The position numbers and the translations under genes are program-made. The notes under the pieces were generated by a model. It was given only the letters and a program-made list of their open reading frames with translations, made no database searches and was not told the origin of the DNA. A DNA stretch of 64,000 nt from Deltaproteobacteria bacterium (GTDB lineage: Bacteria; JAGRBM01; JAHCIT01). Where the stretch lies: positions 62,001-126,000 of the forward strand of contig JAHCIT010000005.1 in NCBI GenBank assembly GCA_026129095.1, given 5' to 3'. Shown in pieces: positions 16,453 to 27,208 of this stretch; position 1 is the first letter of the stretch; each line of letters starts with the position of its first letter.

Positions 16453-17997
16453 ATGACCATGCCTTCATTCGCTGCCGCCCGTTCAATCTCGAATCCGGAC
16501 CAGATTGCACTCCGGGACCACCTTCAGGAGTTCAACTGGAGCGATATCGACCGGATTCTGAACCGTATCGCCAACGGAGTGCTGGCGCTGGACCCAACTC
16601 CGGTTCGTCGCGTGGCCATCTTCGCCCAGAATTCGGCGGAAACGCTGCTAGCGCATCTGGGTGGCCTTATTGGCGGTGCATCAACCGTACCGGCGAGCTT
16701 CCATCTCACGGCCCCGGAGCTTGCCTACATCCTGGAGGATTCCGGCTCGACGGTGCTGTTCGTCGGTCCGGAAACGGCCCGGACGGGGCTCGAGGCCGCC
16801 CGGCTCGCCCGGATCCCCCTCGTCATCGGCTGGCGTTGCCAGCCTGCAGAGGGGGTCGTCCACTGGAATGACTGGCTGGATCGGGCGTCTACCCAGCCAC
16901 CTCCGCTGGACCATGCTCCCAGGGCGAATTTCATGTACACGTCCGGCACCACCGGGCGGCCGAAAGGCACGGAGTTGCCGCCGACGATGTTCGCAGGTGG
17001 TGCGACCGTGGAGGAACATCTGGAGCGCCTTGCCCGGGCTCCCTTTGCCCTGTTCGGAACGCATCTGGTTGCAGGCCCGCTCTATCATACGGGGCCTCTC
17101 ACAGGCGTCCGGGTGCTGGGCGGAGGCAAGCCGGTCGTCGTGCTTCCGAAGTTTGACGCTGAAGCGGTCCTTGCGGCCATTGATAACTATAAAGTGGAAA
17201 GCTCGGTTCTGGTGCCGACCCATTTTATCCGCCTGCTGGCGCTGCCGGAGGATATCCGGAAGAAATACAATACCCGCAGCCTGAAGTTTGTCTTCCACAC
17301 GGGCTCCGCCTGCCCGGTGGACGTGAAACGGGGGATGCTCGACTGGTGGGGACCGGTTCTCTATGAGGCCTACGGCGCGACTGAAGTCGGAACGACCTGC
17401 GCCATCTCGCCGTACGACTGGCTGAAACATCCCGGCTCTGTGGGGAAACCCGTACCGCCATTCAGCGTGCTGGTGACCGACGATCAGGGCAGGGAACTTC
17501 CTCCCGGTACCGAGGGCAGGCTCTACTTCCGTGACTCTACCGGCCGGGGCATTGTCTATCACAACGACCCAGCCAAGTCGGCCGCGGCGCATCTTGCACC
17601 TGGTATATTCACTCTTGGCGAGATCGGCTACGTGGATTCCGGCGGCTTCGTCTATATTACCGACCGGTTCTCAGACATGGTCGTGTCGGGCGGTGTGAAC
17701 ATCTACCCCGCCGAGTCAGAGTCGGTAATCCTTCGTCATCCACAGGTGGACGACGTCGCCTGTATCGGGGTTCCCCATCCGGTGATGGGAGAGGAACTGA
17801 AAGCCATCGTGGTGGCCGCAGACCCGGGAAAACCGCCCCCGGCCCAGGAGATCATCAGCTTCTGCAAGGCGAATCTCGCCCACTACAAATGCCCAAAATC
17901 GGTGGACTTCGTTGCCGATCTGGGCCGCACGGCCGCCGGCAAGGTGAACAAGAAAAAGCTCAAGGCCCCCTACTGGCCGGAATCCCGCTCGCCGTAA
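16453..17997 (+). CDS. Acyl-CoA synthetase (AMP-binding)
   Basis: YTSGTTGRPKG, YGATE, DRFSDMVVSGGVNIYP, GKVNKK. Confidence 0.93.
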   Translation: MTMPSFAAARSISNPDQIALRDHLQEFNWSDIDRILNRIANGVLALDPTPVRRVAIFAQNSAETLLAHLGGLIGGASTVPASFHLTAPELAYILEDSGSTVLFVGPETARTGLEAARLARIPLVIGWRCQPAEGVVHWNDWLDRASTQPPPLDHAPRANFMYTSGTTGRPKGTELPPTMFAGGATVEEHLERLARAPFALFGTHLVAGPLYHTGPLTGVRVLGGGKPVVVLPKFDAEAVLAAIDNYKVESSVLVPTHFIRLLALPEDIRKKYNTRSLKFVFHTGSACPVDVKRGMLDWWGPVLYEAYGATEVGTTCAISPYDWLKHPGSVGKPVPPFSVLVTDDQGRELPPGTEGRLYFRDSTGRGIVYHNDPAKSAAAHLAPGIFTLGEIGYVDSGGFVYITDRFSDMVVSGGVNIYPAESESVILRHPQVDDVACIGVPHPVMGEELKAIVVAADPGKPPPAQEIISFCKANLAHYKCPKSVDFVADLGRTAAGKVNKKKLKAPYWPESRSP

Positions 17998-18008
17998 CGT
18001 GAGGTCGG

Positions 18009-19394
18009 TCAACCCTTCAGGTAATCATCGAGCGTCCTGTGCAGATGCCGGATGCGGCTCTCCTGGTAGTTTCCGAGCGTAACGCCCGGCTTCACGGCGG
18101 CTTTAAGCCCCTTTTGTACGAATGGAATATTGCTCATGTCCTGATCGAATACCGGACCGAGAAGCCCCAGTTCCTTGGCCGATGCCCAGGCTTCATCTGA
18201 ACCCAGAAGCCGGTATTTTGCCGGCGGTGGCCGCTCGCCGCCCTTCCGGACCGGCGCAAGCAGCATCACCTCCATCAGGCAGGAATCCGGGTCGTGCCCG
18301 TCCGGCCGGAACCGGTAGACAATGTTGTTGAAGAATCCTCCCCAGGGAAACAGATTGGGGAAAACGAAATACTGGATCGCGTCGAGCATCTCGCTGTCGG
18401 TAGCCTGCTTGAGATCCCAGCCGCTGCTGCCGCCGATCATCCCTCTCAGCATGTTCGCCGTGAAACTCCGGGCGGTCTGGCCGGGCGGCAGTTTCACACT
18501 GATCTTGTTTCCTTCCCGGCCGGCGTACTCCGCCATCATCGAGTCGAGGATCTTCTCATCCGGGTAAGCATCCCCGCCCAGGTGCGGACTCGCCACCCCC
18601 ATCGCCGTGATCATCCGGTTGAAGTGCGGCTTGCCGGGATAGACGTCGTACTGGGTATTGGCGTCCGCCGTGGAAGGCATGATCTGTGGATGGGTGGCGA
18701 TCACATGGTATGATTCCATGAACGCCTCCGCGCAGACCTTCCAGTTTGCGGCGACGATCTTGCCGACATGCGCCGACTTGTACCGGTTCCCGAGATCCCA
18801 CCGCTCGAAATGTTGCGGCACGACGTCCAGATAATCGGCGAGCGGCCTTGCCTCTGGATCAAGGTTGATAAAGACGAACCCGCCCCACAGGCCGGTCTTC
18901 ACTTCCGGCAGCCGGAACTCCTCGTCTGTCTTGTGGGCAAAATCCCAGCGGCAGGGGATTTCATGAATCGAACCGTCCAGCTTCCATGTGAACCCGTGAA
19001 ACGGACATCGAATCGCGGCGGCATGGCCCTGTCCCGTTTTCAGCAGCCGTCCACGGTGCAAGCAGACGTTATGATAGGCCCGTATGTCGCCATCCTGGGT
19101 GCGGAGAAGCAGGACTGAATGATCGCCGATCTCGTAGACCAGATAGTCGCCAGGTTTCGCAATATCTTCCTCCCGGCAAGCCATCTGCCATACCCGGTTC
19201 CACATGCGCGCCATTTCGAGGTCATGGAACTCCCGCGAGGTGTAGCGCTCCACTGGCAGGTCGGCGGCCGGCATCTTTTCGGCCACCGTTTCACGAAGGG
19301 CGGGAGGGACTGGCCGGGTCTCCCGGTCGAGAATCTGCTGTACGGTTGGCGCCTTGCACCGGTTGTCGGTGGTCTTCAGGTTCGACTCGCCCAT
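18009..19394 (-). CDS. Rieske ring-hydroxylating oxygenase alpha subunit
   Basis: CLHRG...CPFHG Rieske motif; NWKVCAEAFMESYHVIATH; DQD iron-ligand region. Confidence 0.93.
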   Translation of the reverse strand: MGESNLKTTDNRCKAPTVQQILDRETRPVPPALRETVAEKMPAADLPVERYTSREFHDLEMARMWNRVWQMACREEDIAKPGDYLVYEIGDHSVLLLRTQDGDIRAYHNVCLHRGRLLKTGQGHAAAIRCPFHGFTWKLDGSIHEIPCRWDFAHKTDEEFRLPEVKTGLWGGFVFINLDPEARPLADYLDVVPQHFERWDLGNRYKSAHVGKIVAANWKVCAEAFMESYHVIATHPQIMPSTADANTQYDVYPGKPHFNRMITAMGVASPHLGGDAYPDEKILDSMMAEYAGREGNKISVKLPPGQTARSFTANMLRGMIGGSSGWDLKQATDSEMLDAIQYFVFPNLFPWGGFFNNIVYRFRPDGHDPDSCLMEVMLLAPVRKGGERPPPAKYRLLGSDEAWASAKELGLLGPVFDQDMSNIPFVQKGLKAAVKPGVTLGNYQESRIRHLHRTLDDYLKG

Positions 19395-19428
19395 CTCTGC
19401 TCCCTCCAGTCACCCGGCAACGACAGAA

Positions 19429-19460
19429 TGCAACAGGTTCAATAGATTAAACATGTTTAA
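19429..19460. promoter_or_regulatory. Tandem TnnAACnnGTTnnA operators upstream of the Rieske gene
   Basis: TGCAACAGGTTCAA (19429-19442) and perfect palindrome TTAAACATGTTTAA (19447-19460). Confidence 0.7.
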
Positions 19461-19526
19461 AGCAAAGCAGCAACCGGCAACCGGATGGATATCCAGATTA
19501 AACAAAACCCTCCCGGATTCAGGCAC

Positions 19527-20144
19527 TCACTTCGCGAGGTAGCGGACGATCAGGTCGGCAGCTTCGTCGGCACAGTATTCCGCCGACAGGTGCCGGGGGC
19601 GGTCAAAGACGATCCGGAAGGTGAGATTCTCGGCGAGAGAGGTCACGAAGAACGCTGCCAGATCAATGTCGGTGATCCGCAGTTCCGTGCGGTGTGCCCC
19701 CAGATACATCCTGGCAAGATCCTTGCCCCGCTGGCGTACTGCTCCGATCATCCCGCGGCGTCCTACCCGCGGCACCTGCTCCACCAGATTCCTTACGAGT
19801 CTCGGCTGCACGGTCGCCAGCATCTCGACGAGCGCCCGCATCATCTTGTGTGCTGCGGTCTCAAGTGGCTCGTTCATCACCTCTGCAAGACGTTTCTGGA
19901 GTATGGTACCGAACCGATCGAGCAGGGAATCCAGCAACGCGGCGATGATGGCTTCCTTGTTCGGGAAATACTGGTAGAGGGAGCCGGGACTCACTCCAGC
20001 AGTCCGTGCGATCCGGTTCGTGGAGAGGTTGTCGTAGCCTTGTTCTGTCAGAATGCGAGCAGATGCCTTAACAATTGCATCAAATGTTTCACGGGAACGC
20101 GCCTGCTGGGGTTTTTTGCGGGGTCTGGCAGTATTTACCGTCAT
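19527..20144 (-). CDS. TetR-family regulator
   Basis: RKKPQQARSRET...STNRIARTAGVSPGSLYQYFPNKEA. Confidence 0.93.
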   Translation of the reverse strand: MTVNTARPRKKPQQARSRETFDAIVKASARILTEQGYDNLSTNRIARTAGVSPGSLYQYFPNKEAIIAALLDSLLDRFGTILQKRLAEVMNEPLETAAHKMMRALVEMLATVQPRLVRNLVEQVPRVGRRGMIGAVRQRGKDLARMYLGAHRTELRITDIDLAAFFVTSLAENLTFRIVFDRPRHLSAEYCADEAADLIVRYLAK

Positions 20145-20192
20145 GCCCAACCTCTCCGAATGCGAATTGAACATTAACCCGACGTGGCCAAC

Positions 20193-20214
20193 AATACGAG
20201 CGTAAGCTCGTATT
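20193..20214. promoter_or_regulatory. Probable TetR operator between TetR and P450
   Basis: Perfect inverted repeat AATACGAGC-GTAA-GCTCGTATT. Confidence 0.65.
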
Positions 20215-20254
20215 TTCCGGGGACGTACCCCGCGAGTGGCAAGGAGAGATACGG

Positions 20255-21490
20255 GTGCAGTTCAATCCACTGCTGCTTCCGCCCGGATGCTCCCGTTTCG
20301 AGGCCTATCGTGAGGCGATGGAGCGTAGCCCTGTCCATCAGCAGGGGATTTTTCCCGTCTGGCACATCCTGGGATATGAGGAATGCGTGCGCTCACTCCG
20401 CGAGGCGGAAAACTTCTCCTCAAGTCCCCTCAATTCATTTCTGGTGGCAGGCGCCCCCGACCGGCGGGAGGAACGGATCAAGCGGCTCGTCCCGGTCATG
20501 GGACAAACGGCGGAATTTGTCGACAATCTGATGTTGATGAATGACCCGCCCAGGCATACACGCCTGCGCGGGCTTGTCACAAGGGCCTTCTCTCCCACGG
20601 CGATCCGAAAGCTCCAGGACCGGATACAGGTGATGACCGACGAGCTGGTTGATAGCATCCTGAAGAAGGACACCTTCGATTTCGTAGAGGATTTCGCCAT
20701 CCCTCTTCCGGTCCATGTGGTCGCGGAGATTCTGGGCGTTGATATCGAACGGCGCCACGACTTCAAGCGCTGGTCCGATGGCTTTGTCTCCGTTCCGGTC
20801 CAGAAAATCATGTCTGGCGATATCGGTGACGAAAACATGGAGTGGCGCCGGGAGTTCACGGACTACTTTCTGGAGATTTTTGCGAGACGCCGCCGCGAAC
20901 CGGGCGACGACCTCGTGAGCCAGCTTGTCCAGCTTGAGCAGCAGGGCGAGAAACTCTCAGCCGATGAGCTTCTGGCGACCTGCGTCCTGCTGATGGTCGC
21001 CGGCAACGAGACCACCACGAATCTTCTCAGCAACACGGCCCTTGCACTGACCCAGTTTCCTGAGGAGATGGATCATATTGTCAGGAAACCGGCGGCGATA
21101 CCCGATGCGATCGAGGAATCGCTACGGTATTACGCCCCGATACAGGGTTTTCCCCGCTACTGCATCCGGAAGACGGAACTCGGAGACAAGACCATCAGGC
21201 CCGGCGACATGATGATGGTGTGGGCCGGGGCCGCCAACCGCGACGAAGCGGTCTTTGCCGATCCCGACCGGTTCGACATTACCCGCCCGCCCGGCAAGCA
21301 CCTCTCGTTCGGCATGGGAATCCACCATTGTCTTGGAGCCACACTCGCCCGCGTCGAAGGCCAAATCGCTTTCGAGACATTTTTCAGGCGGGTCGGCCCG
21401 CTGCGGCCAGTTGGTGATGAGCCACCCCAGTTCTTGCCATCCTCGTTCCTGTTTGGGCTCAAGACTTTTCGTATGTCGCGAGCACCATGA
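20255..21490 (+). CDS. Cytochrome P450
   Basis: DPPRHTRLR, AGNETT, EESLR, FGMGIHHCLG. Confidence 0.95.
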   Translation: MQFNPLLLPPGCSRFEAYREAMERSPVHQQGIFPVWHILGYEECVRSLREAENFSSSPLNSFLVAGAPDRREERIKRLVPVMGQTAEFVDNLMLMNDPPRHTRLRGLVTRAFSPTAIRKLQDRIQVMTDELVDSILKKDTFDFVEDFAIPLPVHVVAEILGVDIERRHDFKRWSDGFVSVPVQKIMSGDIGDENMEWRREFTDYFLEIFARRRREPGDDLVSQLVQLEQQGEKLSADELLATCVLLMVAGNETTTNLLSNTALALTQFPEEMDHIVRKPAAIPDAIEESLRYYAPIQGFPRYCIRKTELGDKTIRPGDMMMVWAGAANRDEAVFADPDRFDITRPPGKHLSFGMGIHHCLGATLARVEGQIAFETFFRRVGPLRPVGDEPPQFLPSSFLFGLKTFRMSRAP

Positions 21491-21617
21491 ACTTTTCCCT
21501 GACACCGGAGTCATTGACATTTTTATTGGTAGTCGTAGAAAATGGTTCGGGCTCTTGTTCATTCGGATTGCTGGTCTGAGCCCGGTATCTGCACCAGCTT
21601 TCAAGGCACTTTCTCCC

Positions 21618-22094
21618 GTGAATACAAGACACGACATTTCTTCCCTTGCCGGCCTGTCGCTTTCCGAACTGGCCCGGATTTTTGCACAGTTACCGTCTGG
21701 TTCTGCCGGCGATCTGAGCGGCACCTATACAGGCAAGGTTCTGGCGACGCCCGGCCTCGACTCGCTTCCAGAAACGCTCCGATCCGCCCTGCTCTCTATC
21801 GTCAACAGCCCCGTATCGCCCTGGCGCGGAAAGCGGTTTGGTGACGGCACCGGATCGAACGTCTGGCTGGGCGGCTCTACCGAGTTCGCCTCGTTCCGGA
21901 TAGCACAGGCAGAGGCTCTGGATGGTACCGGCCCCGTCATCCAGTTCGACTATGACGTGGACGGAAATCCCGCACCGGTACGGAAAATCCTTGGCGAAGC
22001 CCGTCCACTCGGGGAGGGCCGGTACCTGGCACGCATGAACTACCGGTTCGATTCCGGCCCGGTGCTGATCCTGTATTTCACGCTGGAGCCCTGA
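21618..22094 (+). CDS. Hypothetical protein
   Basis: 3' part of ORF 21255-22094 from GTG 21618; PWRGKRF and FDYD segments. Confidence 0.65.
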   Translation: MNTRHDISSLAGLSLSELARIFAQLPSGSAGDLSGTYTGKVLATPGLDSLPETLRSALLSIVNSPVSPWRGKRFGDGTGSNVWLGGSTEFASFRIAQAEALDGTGPVIQFDYDVDGNPAPVRKILGEARPLGEGRYLARMNYRFDSGPVLILYFTLEP

Positions 22095-22103
22095 GCGTCA
22101 TCC

Positions 22104-22466
22104 ATGGGCCTCAAGGAACGGTTCTGGTGGATCCCCTTCGGCAGTGTGCCGGAAATATCCGCCGTGGAGTTGCACCATCTTCTGGAAAGCCACCGGACGC
22201 CCCAGATCATTGACGTCCGGACCAGAATGGAATGGAAAAATCGCAGGATCCGCGGCGCTGTGAGTGTGCCTATTACTGAGCTTCCGGAGCGGCTTACGGA
22301 CCTCGAACTGGACAAGACCCGTCCCGTCGTTGCCATCTGCCTGTCGGCCCATCGCAGTATTCCAGCCGTTCGCCTGCTCCAGAAGGCGGGGTTTGAGAAT
22401 GCCGCCCAGCTTTCGGGCGGCATGAAGAGCTGGTGGAAACTGGGTTACCCGGCCGAAAAGGGATGA
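22104..22466 (+). CDS. Rhodanese-like domain protein
   Basis: IIDVRT..EW...IRGA, ICLSAHRS, LSGGMKSW. Confidence 0.9.
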   Translation: MGLKERFWWIPFGSVPEISAVELHHLLESHRTPQIIDVRTRMEWKNRRIRGAVSVPITELPERLTDLELDKTRPVVAICLSAHRSIPAVRLLQKAGFENAAQLSGGMKSWWKLGYPAEKG

Positions 22467-22534
22467 CCCGCCAGGCCCGGCTTCCCTGTGCTTCTTGATC
22501 TTCTCTCACCGGTGCCGCTATCCGCTATCCCGCC

Positions 22535-24430
22535 ATGCCGGTCGTAGCCGCTACTTCCCTCTATAAGACTTACGGAACCCGCCAGGTTCTTGGCGACGTG
22601 TCGGTAAGTATCCACGCCGGCGAACGCGTAGGGCTGGTGGGGCTGAACGGGGCAGGCAAGTCGACGCTGGCCCGTATTCTGGCAGGGCTCGAAACTCCAG
22701 ACCACGGCGAAATACGCCGGCGTCGGGAGACGACAACCCTTTATCTTGAGCAGGATCCGGCACTCGATCCCACCCTGTCGGCGAGGGAAGCGGTGCTGGC
22801 CGGGCTCGCGGAATGGGATCACGCCCGCCGCCGTCATGAAGCGGCCAGCCGGGAGATTGAGGTTGGGTCCGGCGACACGGAAAAGCTTGTACAGGTACAG
22901 GCTGATGCGGCTGCAGATCTCGAACGTCTGGGCGGCTGGGACCTGATGCACCGGGCCGAAGAAACCCTGAGCCACCTCGGAGTTCCCGATCCCAACGCCC
23001 TGTGTGGCACCCTGTCAGGAGGAGAACGCCGCCGGGTGGCACTGGCAAGAATACTGGTCGCCCGCCCCACGCTCGCCATTCTGGACGAACCCACCAACCA
23101 CCTCGATATGGAGACAATCGAATGGCTGGAGAAATACCTGATCGAGGATTACCCGGGAGCACTCCTGCTCATCACGCACGACCGCTATGTTCTGGACCGG
23201 GTAACCCAGCGGACGCTGGAGATCGAGAACGGGCGTCTTTTCGATTACGACGGCGGCTACGAATTCTATCTTGAGGCCCGTGCCGAGAGGCTTGCCCATG
23301 AAGAACGTGCCGAGTCCACGCGACAGAACTTTCTCCGCCGGGAGCTGGAGTGGCTCCGCCGCCAGCCCAAGGCCCGCCAAACCAAGCAGAAGGCCCGTAT
23401 CCAGCGCGTTCAGGAAGTCGTCCGCAATGTTCCCGTGCGGGAGGCCCAGACGGCCGACTTTTCCGTCACGGCCTCACGCTCAGGCAAGACGATCCTGGAA
23501 CTCCGTGCCGTGGGAATCGATATTGGCGGCCGCACACTGGTGCGGACGCTCGACCTTGGCCTGTGTGCCGGGGACCGGATCGGTATCGTCGGGCCCAACG
23601 GCGCCGGCAAGACGACCCTGCTCCGGGCTGTGCTTGGCGATACCACTCCTGCACGCGGCGAAATTGTCACGGGCAGCAATACCATCATCGCCTATCTCGA
23701 CCAGAACCGGTCGTCCCTGAAACCGGACGAAACCGTTCTGGAGAACGTCATCGGCAACCGGGGAAGCGAGACCGATGCCAAGATATATCTTGGCCGGTTC
23801 CGCTTCGATGGCGGTCAGCAGAGACTTAAGGTGGGGCTGCTTTCCGGCGGCGAGAGGGCGCGGGTGGCACTGGCGAAACTGCTTGCCGGACGGCCCAACC
23901 TGATTGTCATGGACGAGCCCACCAATGACCTCGATACGTCAACACTCGCTGCTCTCGAAAGCACACTGATCGACTTTGACGGGGCGCTGCTGGTGGTAAG
24001 CCACGACCGGTGGTTTCTGGACCGGGTGGCTACATCGATTCTGGCATTCGAAGATGGCGGCGAGGCGGTGCTGTACCCGGGCAACTGGTCTGATTACCGG
24101 CGGCGGGTTCTGGGTCTGGCGGCGTCGGCTAATCCGATGCCGCCTTCATCGCCGGCAGCCCCCACCCCAGTGAGGGCCTCTCTGGCTGGTGCAGGGAAAA
24201 AACTCACCTACGCTGAACGCATTGAGCTGGACGGCATCATGGAGAGAATAGCGGAAGCGGAAATACGCGTTGCGGAACTGGAGAAACGGCTAGAGGATCC
24301 GGCCCTCTACAGTGGCCGGGGCGAAGAAATCCGGCCGCTGATGGATCAACTGGATACCGGCCGGAAAAACCTGGAAGACCTGATTACCCGCTGGGAGACC
24401 CTAGAGTCTCGAAAATCCGAAAATTGTTAA
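22535..24430 (+). CDS. ABC-F family ATPase (Uup-like)
   Basis: Two ABC domains (GLNGAGKST and [19 protein letters not shown]), no TM segments, C-terminal coiled coil starting KLTYAE. Confidence 0.93.
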   Translation: MPVVAATSLYKTYGTRQVLGDVSVSIHAGERVGLVGLNGAGKSTLARILAGLETPDHGEIRRRRETTTLYLEQDPALDPTLSAREAVLAGLAEWDHARRRHEAASREIEVGSGDTEKLVQVQADAAADLERLGGWDLMHRAEETLSHLGVPDPNALCGTLSGGERRRVALARILVARPTLAILDEPTNHLDMETIEWLEKYLIEDYPGALLLITHDRYVLDRVTQRTLEIENGRLFDYDGGYEFYLEARAERLAHEERAESTRQNFLRRELEWLRRQPKARQTKQKARIQRVQEVVRNVPVREAQTADFSVTASRSGKTILELRAVGIDIGGRTLVRTLDLGLCAGDRIGIVGPNGAGKTTLLRAVLGDTTPARGEIVTGSNTIIAYLDQNRSSLKPDETVLENVIGNRGSETDAKIYLGRFRFDGGQQRLKVGLLSGGERARVALAKLLAGRPNLIVMDEPTNDLDTSTLAALESTLIDFDGALLVVSHDRWFLDRVATSILAFEDGGEAVLYPGNWSDYRRRVLGLAASANPMPPSSPAAPTPVRASLAGAGKKLTYAERIELDGIMERIAEAEIRVAELEKRLEDPALYSGRGEEIRPLMDQLDTGRKNLEDLITRWETLESRKSENC

Positions 24431-24607
24431 AATGATGATATTAATGTCATTATGACTGATGTGTGGTCAGCTATCGGCCCAATGTTTTACGCATATATAA
24501 CTACTTGAAATTACTATATATTTTATATTTTCACTCAAGTGCTCCATTCAAATACGATTTTTCCATTGACGCAAATCACACTCAATGGTCAAATCGGCCG
24601 CACCATC

Positions 24608-24979
24608 ATGGACGGTAAGCCCCTAACCATCGTTGCCTGCGAAGACGACCCGATCACCATCGCCTATATCAAGAAGGCGATCCGGCTGATTCCAAACGCA
24701 CAGGTCCAAACCTACAACAGACTTGGGGATGCCATGCTGGCCGTTCGCCGGGAAAAGCCGCAGGTTTTCATCTGTGACCATCATCTGCCCGGCCAGGATG
24801 GGACCGATGGGGTGAGACTGGTAAAAGGCTCGGACTGGGGCCGTGACGTCAAGGTTCTCGTCTATACCGGTGCCGATGTGCGCGAAAAGGCCATGGCGGC
24901 CGGGGCCGATCTTTTCCTCAAGAAGCCGGCCACAGTCGATACGCTCATCAATGCCGTCAGGTCTCTGGTCGGCGCCTGA
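24608..24979 (+). CDS. Single-domain response regulator
   Basis: CEDD, ICDHHLPGQDG, YTG, GADLFLKKP. Confidence 0.88.
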   Translation: MDGKPLTIVACEDDPITIAYIKKAIRLIPNAQVQTYNRLGDAMLAVRREKPQVFICDHHLPGQDGTDGVRLVKGSDWGRDVKVLVYTGADVREKAMAAGADLFLKKPATVDTLINAVRSLVGA

Positions 24980-25194
24980 ATCCAGCCACGTCAGGCTTCC
25001 GGCACCTCCACTCTCTCCATCCTGCCAAGTGTGTGAAACATTTGTGCCTTGTAGGATACTCCCCTAGGCAAATCCGCGTACCCCCGCCATAGTTCTCCCC
25101 ATTAATCCGGTTACCCATGGGCGCTGCTGGCCAGTAATGGCCGGAGCGGGTGTGTGGCTGGCTGCTGCCAACACTGAAAGCGACCTGCGGGACC

Positions 25195-26325
25195 ATGCCT
25201 CCACATTCCAAAATCTCTTTCGTTGCACCTGAAAACGACCCGTTCACCATAGCCGTCAAGGCCCGTATCAATGCCTACTTCAGGGCCAGCGGGAAGTCCC
25301 GCCATTGGAACGGACTCATGCTGGCAAAGACTTGTTTCTATATCGGCGGACTGCTTGGTTGCTATCTGGCCATCCTGTCAGGCCAGTTCAGCGAGCCGGT
25401 TCTGCTTGGACTTTGCGTCGGCATGGGGCTGTTCACTGCCGGAATCGGGTTTAATGTCGGGCACGACGCCATACATGGCGGCTATTCGTCTGGACGTCTG
25501 CTCACCCGGATCATGTCACATTCGTTCACGATGATCGGGGCGAACGTCTACAACTGGAACATTTCCCACAACATCGTTCACCACACCTACACCAACATAC
25601 CTGGCGCCGATGGTGACCTGAGCACTGTGCCAGCCCTCCGGTTTTCATCCGAGGCGCCATGGAAACCATTCCACCGGTACCAGCACCTCTATGCCTATAT
25701 CCTCTACGCCCTCTCGACTCTCATGTGGGTGACGAAGAAGGACTACCGCCACTTCTTTGAGGAAAAACTCCTGATCTACCAGAAGCCTTCACGACCGCCG
25801 CGACGTGAATACTTTATCCTTTTCGGCGGAAAGCTCGTTTACTACTTCATGATGCTGGTAATTCCGGCACTCGTTCTCGATCTCCCGGTCTGGAAGATCA
25901 TCACCGGATTTGTCGTCATGCATTTGGCCGCCGGCGCTGCACTCGCCAACGTGTTCGCCATGGGGCACATGGTCGAGGGTACTGCCTTACGCCCGGCCGG
26001 ACCCGATGGTCATATCCACGAATCATGGGCTGCGCACCAGGTGCGGACCTCCGCCAATTTCGGAACCCGTTATCCGCATCTGTCCAACTGGTTCTGTGGT
26101 GGGCTCAATTTCCAGATTGAGCACCATCTGTTCCCGCGGATCTGCCATGTCCACTATCCTGACATCGCCCCCATCGTTAAGCAGACTGCCGCAGAGTTTG
26201 GCATCCCCTATACTGAGTTTGAGACCATCTTGGCCGGAGCCCGATCCCACTACCGGTGGCTGAGACATTACGGAGCCGGCCGGCGAGGAGTTCAGCCAAT
26301 CCCCGCTGCACCAACAGTACCCTGA
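25195..26325 (+). CDS. Fatty acid (acyl-CoA) desaturase
   Basis: His boxes HDAIH, HNIVHH, QIEHH. Confidence 0.93.
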   Translation: MPPHSKISFVAPENDPFTIAVKARINAYFRASGKSRHWNGLMLAKTCFYIGGLLGCYLAILSGQFSEPVLLGLCVGMGLFTAGIGFNVGHDAIHGGYSSGRLLTRIMSHSFTMIGANVYNWNISHNIVHHTYTNIPGADGDLSTVPALRFSSEAPWKPFHRYQHLYAYILYALSTLMWVTKKDYRHFFEEKLLIYQKPSRPPRREYFILFGGKLVYYFMMLVIPALVLDLPVWKIITGFVVMHLAAGAALANVFAMGHMVEGTALRPAGPDGHIHESWAAHQVRTSANFGTRYPHLSNWFCGGLNFQIEHHLFPRICHVHYPDIAPIVKQTAAEFGIPYTEFETILAGARSHYRWLRHYGAGRRGVQPIPAAPTVP

Positions 26326-26365
26326 CATCTGGCCCCTTCCTGTTCCGGCCCCTATAGTTCCTCGC

Positions 26366-26740
26366 ATGGAACCCAGTATCGGGAAATTACGCGAGTCAGC
26401 ACGTCAGTGGATCGACGCATGGAACCGCCGGGATCTCGACGGAATCCTCGAACACTATGCCGACAACGTGAGGATATGCTCCCCCATGGTAACCGTTCGT
26501 ACGGGTTCACCCGACGGATGGCTTCACGGCAAGGCGAACCTGCGAGACTACTTTGCCATGGGCCTGCGAAAACCCGATATCCGCTTCGAACTGATCGACG
26601 TACTGATCGGAATTAATGCGGTAACCGTTGTCTATCGCCGTGAAAACGGAGCCATGGTAGCCGACTGCTCCGAACTGGATGCCCATGGGCGAATCATCCG
26701 GATGATTGCCTGTTATGGCAGTCCGGCGGGAACGCCCTGA
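26366..26740 (+). CDS. NTF2/SnoaL-like protein
   Basis: WIDAWNRRDLDGILEHYA...G...LRDYF. Confidence 0.88.
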   Translation: MEPSIGKLRESARQWIDAWNRRDLDGILEHYADNVRICSPMVTVRTGSPDGWLHGKANLRDYFAMGLRKPDIRFELIDVLIGINAVTVVYRRENGAMVADCSELDAHGRIIRMIACYGSPAGTP

Positions 26741-26746
26741 CCTGGT

Positions 26747-27202
26747 TCATCTTTTCCCTGTATCGTCTTTCACATAACCAAGTTCGCGGGCCTTATCGAT
26801 CACCCTGTCAGCCAGCAGCAGCAGAAAGCCCGGTGGGTCAGTCAGTTCGAACTGCGTGAATGCGACACCGAAAGTCCTGCCTCGTGAAACGACTTTCAGG
26901 CGATCCCAGGGAATAAGCAGCGGTTCATGGCCGAAGCCGAATATCCAGGGCATGGCGATATAAAGGCCGGCAGATGCCAGCTTCACCGTGAGACAGTTGT
27001 TGTAGCCGCACCACCTGCCAAGCCGCCCGCTCTGCATCCGGAATGTCTCGGCCCGCATTGGCTCCAGCCGCGCACGGTACCGTTCGGCCAGTGGCCTCCA
27101 GCCACCCACACGGGCGACCACATGGAATATCCCGATCCACAAGATGACAAAGAAGACCGGAAAGGCATAGACATAACAGTAACCCGGAGGACAGGCGGCC
27201 AT
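26747..27202 (-). CDS. Hypothetical membrane protein
   Basis: N-terminal TM; GGWRPLAERY, YNNCL, HEPLLIPW. Confidence 0.75.
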   Translation of the reverse strand: MAACPPGYCYVYAFPVFFVILWIGIFHVVARVGGWRPLAERYRARLEPMRAETFRMQSGRLGRWCGYNNCLTVKLASAGLYIAMPWIFGFGHEPLLIPWDRLKVVSRGRTFGVAFTQFELTDPPGFLLLLADRVIDKARELGYVKDDTGKR

Positions 27203-27208
27203 TTCCGG

